Below are positions 58,534-64,000 of a stretch of 64,000 nucleotides of DNA, piece after piece. Below the pieces are notes generated by a model. It did not search any database. It was not told the origin of the DNA and worked only from the letters and a program-made list of their open reading frames with translations. Each line of letters opens with the position of its first letter. Within the stretch, counting starts at the first letter, position 1. A program made the translations under genes and the position numbers. The stretch is from positions 12,404 to 76,403 of the forward strand of contig CAYTKF010000002.1 of assembly GCA_964438405.1 (NCBI GenBank), given 5' to 3'. This DNA comes from an uncultured Candidatus Saccharibacteria bacterium. Lineage in GTDB: Bacteria > Patescibacteriota > Minisyncoccia > UBA9983.

Positions 58534-59145
58534 ATGAAAAAATTATTTTTAGACATAGAAACTATTCCAGCAGACGAATCCCAGCACGGCGTTCTGGAAG
58601 AAATTTACGAATACAAAAAATCAAAAGGCAAAAAAGTAACAGATGATTTTGAAAGTTATTTAATACAGACTAATTTTGACGGTGCATTTGGCAGAATATT
58701 GTGTATCGGTTTGGCTGTGAATGACGAGCCAATAAAAGCCCTAACCGGAGACGAAAAAGAAATTCTTAAAAATTTTTGGGAAGAGGCGAGAGACGCCAAT
58801 CTTTTTGTGGGCCACACTATTTTTGATTTTGATATGCGTTTTATTTATCAGCGCTCAATTGTTTTAGGTGTTAAGCCGACGCAGGATTTGAGTTTCGCGC
58901 GATACAGAAGCAATCCCATTTTTGACACAATGTACGAATGGTCAAAATGGGACACACACAGTAAAATTTCTCTTGACACCTTGACTCGCGCCATGGGCAT
59001 TGCCTCGCCCAAAGAAGGAGGCATCGATGGCTCAAAAGTTTTTGACTATTACAAAGCCGGCAAACTTGATGAAATTTATGAATACTGCAAGGCAGACGTA
59101 GAAGCCGTGCGGCAAGTCTACAAGAAAATGGTTTTTGAAAAATGA
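58534..59145 (+). CDS. PolB-related 3'-5' exonuclease (RNase H-like)
   Basis: LDIET, GH.I..FD, DTM..W, YCKADV. Confidence 0.88.
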   Translation: MKKLFLDIETIPADESQHGVLEEIYEYKKSKGKKVTDDFESYLIQTNFDGAFGRILCIGLAVNDEPIKALTGDEKEILKNFWEEARDANLFVGHTIFDFDMRFIYQRSIVLGVKPTQDLSFARYRSNPIFDTMYEWSKWDTHSKISLDTLTRAMGIASPKEGGIDGSKVFDYYKAGKLDEIYEYCKADVEAVRQVYKKMVFEK

Positions 59146-59951
59146 AAAAAACAATTTTAATTATCGGAGTGATTATTGTGGCGGCGGGATTGTTTTTTAT
59201 TTTTTTCACCCGTACTGAAGAGCCTATTGAAAATCAAAATATCAATATCAAAGTAAACTCGCCCGCGCCAAACGAAGTTGTAAAAAGTCAGTTGCAATTA
59301 ACGGGTGAAGTCAGAACATGGTATTTTGAGGGAAGTTTCCCCGTAAAAATTTTGGACGCAAACGGAAAAGTTTTGGGTAATTCTTATGTCATGGCGCAAG
59401 GGGACTGGATGACAACAAATTTTGTAGCATTTAAGGGCGAGATAGATTTTACGCCGAGTAAAACAGAAACAGGAAAAATTGTTTTTATGAAAGATAATCC
59501 GTCGGGCCTAGCGGAACACGACGAAAGTTTTGAATTGCCGATAAAATTTGACATGACGACGGGTACACAGATATTAAAGATTTATTTTAACAACAATAAT
59601 CTTGACCCACAAATCTCGTGCAATAAAGTTTTTCCAGTTGAGAGAGAAGTTTATAAAACAGACGCGCCGGCACGACGGGCGCTGGAATTACTGCTGAAGG
59701 GTCCGGCGCAGGATGAAATTAATTCAGGATATTTAACCAGCATTAATTCTGGAGTAAAAATTCAGAGTATCACAATTCAAAACAACGTTGCCAAAGTTGA
59801 TTTTGACGAACAACTAGAAAATGCAGTTGGCGGTTCGTGCCGTGTTTCCGCCATTAGAGCGCAAATAACAGAAACTTTAAAACAATTCTCAAGCGTCAAA
59901 AGTGTAATCATTTCTATCAACGGCAGAACAGAGGACATCTTGCAACCGTAA
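59142..59951 (+). CDS. Gmad2 Ig-like plus GerMN domain protein
   Basis: WYFEGSFP, KDNPSGL, LLKGP, GGSCRV.AIRAQI..TLKQF. Confidence 0.85.
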   Translation: MKKTILIIGVIIVAAGLFFIFFTRTEEPIENQNINIKVNSPAPNEVVKSQLQLTGEVRTWYFEGSFPVKILDANGKVLGNSYVMAQGDWMTTNFVAFKGEIDFTPSKTETGKIVFMKDNPSGLAEHDESFELPIKFDMTTGTQILKIYFNNNNLDPQISCNKVFPVEREVYKTDAPARRALELLLKGPAQDEINSGYLTSINSGVKIQSITIQNNVAKVDFDEQLENAVGGSCRVSAIRAQITETLKQFSSVKSVIISINGRTEDILQP

Positions 59952-59955
59952 AAAT

Positions 59956-60642
59956 ATGGACAACATTCTTGAAGTGAAAAATTTGAGCGTGGAGTTTAGT
60001 GGGGAGAGAGTTATTGATGATTTGAGTTTTAATTTAGCTGAAAAAGAAAATCTGGTTGTCATTGGACCCAATGGCGCGGGCAAGAGTGTTTTACTTCGCG
60101 CGCTTTTGGGGGTTGTAGAATATAAGGGCGAAATAAAATGGAAGAGTGGCATAAAAATTGGTTATGTCCCGCAAAAATTTTTTATTGATAAAAATTTGCC
60201 GCTGAGTGTCAGCGAATTTTTTGGATTTAAAAAACTCGGAGAAGAAAAAACAAAAGAGGTGCTAAAAACAGTCGGTATAAATGATTTAAATATTTTAAAC
60301 AAGAAAATCGGAGTTATTTCTTTTGGCCAATTACAGCGCGTTTTAATCGCATGGGCATTAATAGACAAGCCCGATATTCTTCTTTTTGACGAGCCATTTT
60401 CCGGCATTGATGTCAAGGGCGAGGAAACAATTTATGAACTTTTGGAACAAATAGAAAAAGATTTAAATCTGACCATAATTTTAATCACTCACGATTTGAG
60501 CATTGTTCATAAATTTGCAGATACGGTTTTATGTTTGAACAAAGAAACAATTTGTTACGGTGCACCGCAGACAGCGTTGGATTATTCAGCCATTAAAAAT
60601 CTTTATGGAGGAGATGTAAAATTTTATCATCATGACCATTAA
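59956..60642 (+). CDS. znuC: Metal ABC transporter ATP-binding protein
   Basis: GPNGAGKS, GYVPQK, LLFDEP, His-rich tail. Confidence 0.8.
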   Translation: MDNILEVKNLSVEFSGERVIDDLSFNLAEKENLVVIGPNGAGKSVLLRALLGVVEYKGEIKWKSGIKIGYVPQKFFIDKNLPLSVSEFFGFKKLGEEKTKEVLKTVGINDLNILNKKIGVISFGQLQRVLIAWALIDKPDILLFDEPFSGIDVKGEETIYELLEQIEKDLNLTIILITHDLSIVHKFADTVLCLNKETICYGAPQTALDYSAIKNLYGGDVKFYHHDH

Positions 60643-61393
60643 TATTTACAGTTTGATAACGGCGATTTTTGTCGGCGGAGTAGCCGGTTATCTTGGCTCT
60701 CTAATGCTCACCAAAAAAATGGCATTGGTTGGGGACGCGCTTGGCCATGTGGCATTGCCGGGCATGGGTTTGGCTCTGCTCTTGGGTTTGAATATTTCTT
60801 TGGGTGCTTTTATCTTTTTATTTTTTGGCGTTTTGGCAATATGGTTTTTGGAATCAAAAACAGAATTGGCAACGGAAACCCTTGTGGGAATAATTTTTGT
60901 TTTAAGTCTGGCAATCGGTTTTCTTGTCACGCCTCAGCCGGATTTAATAGAGGCTCTGGTGGGCGATATATCAAGGGTTAATTTTTTTGATACGGCGCTG
61001 GCAATAATTTTAAGCATTTTAGTATTTTTTGTTGTAAAAAATATTTATAATAAAATTATTCTTTCGTCTCTTTCTGAAGATTTGGCCGCGGCCAATAAAA
61101 TCAATGCCAAAAAATTAAACTTAATTTATCTTTTTGCCATTGCAGTGATAGTGGCCATTGGCGTGAAAGTGGCGGGTTCGCTTCTCATCGGCGCATTGGT
61201 AATTATTCCGGCTGCCACGGCAAAAAATATCAGCAAAAACATGCGCCAGTATGTTTGCTGGTCTTTAATTTTCGGCGCATTGAGCTGTTTGTCAGGCGTT
61301 TTGCTTTCTGTTTTTGTTGGTTTTCCAGCCGGGCCGCTCACTATTTTAGCAGGCATTTTATTTTTTGGATTTTCTTTAATTTTTAAAATATAA
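60632..61393 (+). CDS. znuB: Metal ABC transporter permease
   Basis: GDALGHVALPG, GSLLIGALVIIPAATA. Confidence 0.82.
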   Translation: MTINIYSLITAIFVGGVAGYLGSLMLTKKMALVGDALGHVALPGMGLALLLGLNISLGAFIFLFFGVLAIWFLESKTELATETLVGIIFVLSLAIGFLVTPQPDLIEALVGDISRVNFFDTALAIILSILVFFVVKNIYNKIILSSLSEDLAAANKINAKKLNLIYLFAIAVIVAIGVKVAGSLLIGALVIIPAATAKNISKNMRQYVCWSLIFGALSCLSGVLLSVFVGFPAGPLTILAGILFFGFSLIFKI

Positions 61394-61404
61394 TTAATAT
61401 AAAT

Positions 61405-62130
61405 ATGATAACCCGAGATATTTTTAATCTACATAATGCGGTCACCGTGGTTTCAGAAACGTGCGACATAGAAACAATAAAAAATTTGGAAAGCCATAAA
61501 GTGCCCTATATTGGGCCGAGTCCGTTTTCTTTCATTCTCTTTACAGACAAAAATTTGACCCGGGAGGCGCTTTCAAGACAGGGCTTGAATTTACCCAAGG
61601 GTTTGGTTTTTAAAAAAGGGGATTATCATATTGATTGCGCAAGAAAAATTCTAAATTTTATAAATCCGCCGTGGTTTGTGAGGCCGTCGTTAAAAATTGC
61701 CAATGATTTTTTGGAATTGGCTTCGGAAATAAGCAAGGCGTTCGGCGATTATGAAAAAATAATTATTGAAGAGTATATTTGGGGACGAGGCGTGGAATGC
61801 GGAATTGTGGAAAATTTCCGCGGACAGGAACTTTACGCGCTTCCGGTTGTGGAAGAAAAAATTTTCTGCCCGGCAGGTTTTAATTTGCAGACAAAAAGGG
61901 GAATAGAAAATATGGCAAAGATTGCGCACAATGCGCTTCATTCCAGATATTATTCAAGCCACGATTTTATTGTTTCTGAAAGGCCTGGAAAAGATAAGGG
62001 AAAAATTTATATTTTAGATTCTAAATTTTATCCTTTGCCTCAAGCTCAAGCGACAAAAGCGCTTGAGGCAATCGGGGTTTCTTATCAGGATTTTTTGGAA
62101 CATCTTGTAAATTTGGCCCTTGAGAATTAA
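61405..62130 (+). CDS. Truncated D-Ala-D-Ala ligase-like ATP-grasp protein
   Basis: LE..KVPYIG, DK.LT, IIEEYI.G..VECG, AHNAL. Confidence 0.65.
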   Translation: MITRDIFNLHNAVTVVSETCDIETIKNLESHKVPYIGPSPFSFILFTDKNLTREALSRQGLNLPKGLVFKKGDYHIDCARKILNFINPPWFVRPSLKIANDFLELASEISKAFGDYEKIIIEEYIWGRGVECGIVENFRGQELYALPVVEEKIFCPAGFNLQTKRGIENMAKIAHNALHSRYYSSHDFIVSERPGKDKGKIYILDSKFYPLPQAQATKALEAIGVSYQDFLEHLVNLALEN

Positions 62131-62296
62131 AAAAGCGGCGCTTTGGCAGATTTTCGCAAAGAGTCAAGCGCCGCTCGCGGGAGACGGTTGAAGCCGCCGG
62201 CTCATAGGCGTCATCCCCGACTATTTTTATTATACCAAAAAAGAAAATAAAAGCAAAAGTCCCGCCAGAGCAGGACTTCTAATAAGAACAAAATGG

Positions 62297-62554
62297 TTAC
62301 TGACTTCTGTATTGACGGGCCCGCCACCAACGTTCAATCTCGCACTCGAGATATGCCCCGGTGGCAATAACCACGACGCCACCTAAAAAAAGAAATCCAA
62401 TATCAATGATAAGGCTGGACATTGTTTCAGCCTCACCAATCCATTTCGCAGCACTGGCCATAATGCCAATGCCGAAGAAAAACATAACGGCAAAAATGAT
62501 GTTTCCGCCGGCATCCATGATACCGACTATCTTTTGATTCTCGTTGATATTCAC
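62297..62554 (-). CDS. Small membrane ORFan
   Basis: GGAGGT SD before GTG, two TM segments. Confidence 0.55.
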   Translation of the reverse strand: MNINENQKIVGIMDAGGNIIFAVMFFFGIGIMASAAKWIGEAETMSSLIIDIGFLFLGGVVVIATGAYLECEIERWWRARQYRSQ

Positions 62555-62596
62555 GTACCACCTCCATCTATTATAATATACGAGAAACTAAAAAAG

Positions 62597-63172
62597 TCAA
62601 ATTTTTTCTTTGAGTTTTTTGGAAAGAATAAAGCGCTGGAATAAAATTATCAATACAAAAAGACCCAGAAGAATAAATTCTGTATATTTTAAATATTTAT
62701 CAACAAGGGAGAAAACGGCTTTTAATCCAAAACCTAAGCCAATAAAAATTGCCATCCAGATAATTAAAACAGGAATAATTTCCTCAATGTATTTTTTTAT
62801 ACCAGTTCCAACCACCCCAGCTCTTACAATTGCCGGTCTATGCGTTCCATAAATAAATTTTGAAATAAGTAAAGTAGTTTTCGGTCGTTTTATAAAATGC
62901 TCGTCAAAATAGCTTGTTTTAGAAATAACCCATTGGCTAATTTTAGAGCTGTGGTTTTTTATCCGGTCTCCGATTTCGTACCAGATTAAATTTTCAGTCA
63001 GTGCGCCAAAAAAGGCGGGAATGATAAGGAGCAGATGCGAGGCTTCGTTTCCCTTTAACAAAAAACCAACCACAAGCAAGGCAATGTTCCCATCTATCAG
63101 CATTCCAATAAAAACAAACAAATAAAGCCAGTCGCCAAATCCATTAAGATAATTAAAAATAAAAGAATCCAT
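62597..63172 (-). CDS. DedA/VTT family membrane protein
   Basis: GAL..NLIWYEIG, SKFIYG, AG. Confidence 0.8.
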   Translation of the reverse strand: MDSFIFNYLNGFGDWLYLFVFIGMLIDGNIALLVVGFLLKGNEASHLLLIIPAFFGALTENLIWYEIGDRIKNHSSKISQWVISKTSYFDEHFIKRPKTTLLISKFIYGTHRPAIVRAGVVGTGIKKYIEEIIPVLIIWMAIFIGLGFGLKAVFSLVDKYLKYTEFILLGLFVLIILFQRFILSKKLKEKI

Positions 63173-63174
63173 TA

Positions 63175-63245
63175 TGGACCTACGGGGAGTCGGACCCCGG
63201 CCTCCCGGATGCAAACCGGGTGCTCTACCACTAAGCTATAGGCCC
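63175..63245 (-). tRNA. tRNA-Ala(TGC)
   Basis: Anticodon loop TTTGCAT, G3:U70; T-loop TCCGACT. Confidence 0.9.
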
Positions 63246-63288
63246 AGTATTTATTGTATTTTAGCAAATTTTTTGCTTTAATCAATCT

Positions 63289-64000
63289 ATGTCATTAAGT
63301 ATCGGTATTGTCGGCCTTCCCAATGTTGGCAAGTCAACGCTGTTTAAGGCCTTAACGAAAAAGCAGGTTGATATTGCCAATTATCCTTTTACCACTATTG
63401 AGCCGAATGTAGCTGTTGTTTCTGTTAAAGATGAAAATTTGGAAAAACTTTCTAAAATTCTATCCCGTGAAGCGGGACTGGAGAAAATTACGCCCGCCTT
63501 TGTTGAATTTATTGATATTGCTGGTTTGGTTAAAGAGGCTCATTTGGGCAAGGGTTTGGGAAATAAATTTTTGGCCAAAATCAGAGAGGCAAGCATTTTG
63601 GTGGAAGTAGTTAGGGTTTTCGAAGATAAAAACGTTGCCCACGTTGAAAATTCAGTTGACCCAGAAAGAGATATCAAAATTATTGAAGAAGAATTAAAAG
63701 AGGCGGGAATAGATAAGCCGATAATTCTCTTTTTCAACACTGATTTAAAAGACGAATTGGAAATAAGTGAATTGAGTGAAGAGGAAAAAAAAGATTTAGG
63801 AATAAAAAGTTCTAATCTACTGGACAATTTAATCAAGAATTGCTACCAAACCTTAGATTTGGTCACTTTTTACACCATCAAGGGCGGAAAAGAAGCAAGG
63901 GCGACAAAAATTAAAAGAGGAGGGAATATTTTGGAAGCGGCTGAAAAAATCCACAGCGATTTCAAAGAAAAATTCATTAAGGCGGAAGTAGTTAATGTCA
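63289..64000 (+). CDS. ychF: Obg-family ATPase YchF (partial, runs off the window; internally shortened)
   Basis: Own translation: IGIVGLPNVGKSTLF, ANYPFTTIEPN, DIAGLV..A..G.GLGNKFL, IHSDF..FIKAEV. Confidence 0.92.
   Translation, partial: MSLSIGIVGLPNVGKSTLFKALTKKQVDIANYPFTTIEPNVAVVSVKDENLEKLSKILSREAGLEKITPAFVEFIDIAGLVKEAHLGKGLGNKFLAKIREASILVEVVRVFEDKNVAHVENSVDPERDIKIIEEELKEAGIDKPIILFFNTDLKDELEISELSEEEKKDLGIKSSNLLDNLIKNCYQTLDLVTFYTIKGGKEARATKIKRGGNILEAAEKIHSDFKEKFIKAEVVNV

Noticed and set aside
1-64000. Alternative genetic code 25, prophage, integron integrase, DGR or retron
   Set aside because: TGA terminates genes normally (e.g. 36266, 59145); no phage structural, tyrosine integrase or reverse transcriptase genes were seen

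Overview
Low-GC, gene-dense chromosomal window, most consistent with a Patescibacteria/CPR (Parcubacteria-like) genome. This is inferred from the CPR-type pilins, PaaX-like protein, group 3b-type hydrogenase and shortened housekeeping proteins; the genetic code is standard. It carries rnpB, 10 tRNAs, core genes (murJ, lepA, valS, tsaD, tsaC, trxB, ftsZ/ftsA, ybeY, rpsU, hisS, lepB, pth, rpsA, murB, gyrA, polX, ychF), a NiFe-hydrogenase operon, a pilin cluster and many ORFans. The standout signal is an apparent system of tiny repeat-bounded elements. (i) A complete GxxExxY/PD-(D/E)xK nuclease-like domain sits in frame inside lepA between mirror-spaced 40-nt inverted repeats. (ii) Three other small nucleic-acid-binding genes (PaaX/Cas2-like, GIY-YIG, wHTH) are each bracketed by their own palindromic or inverted ends. 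(iii) More than a dozen cargo-less palindromes and heptamer arrays sit in frame in essential genes and inside RNase P RNA. All homology calls come from motif recognition by eye; no searches were run.
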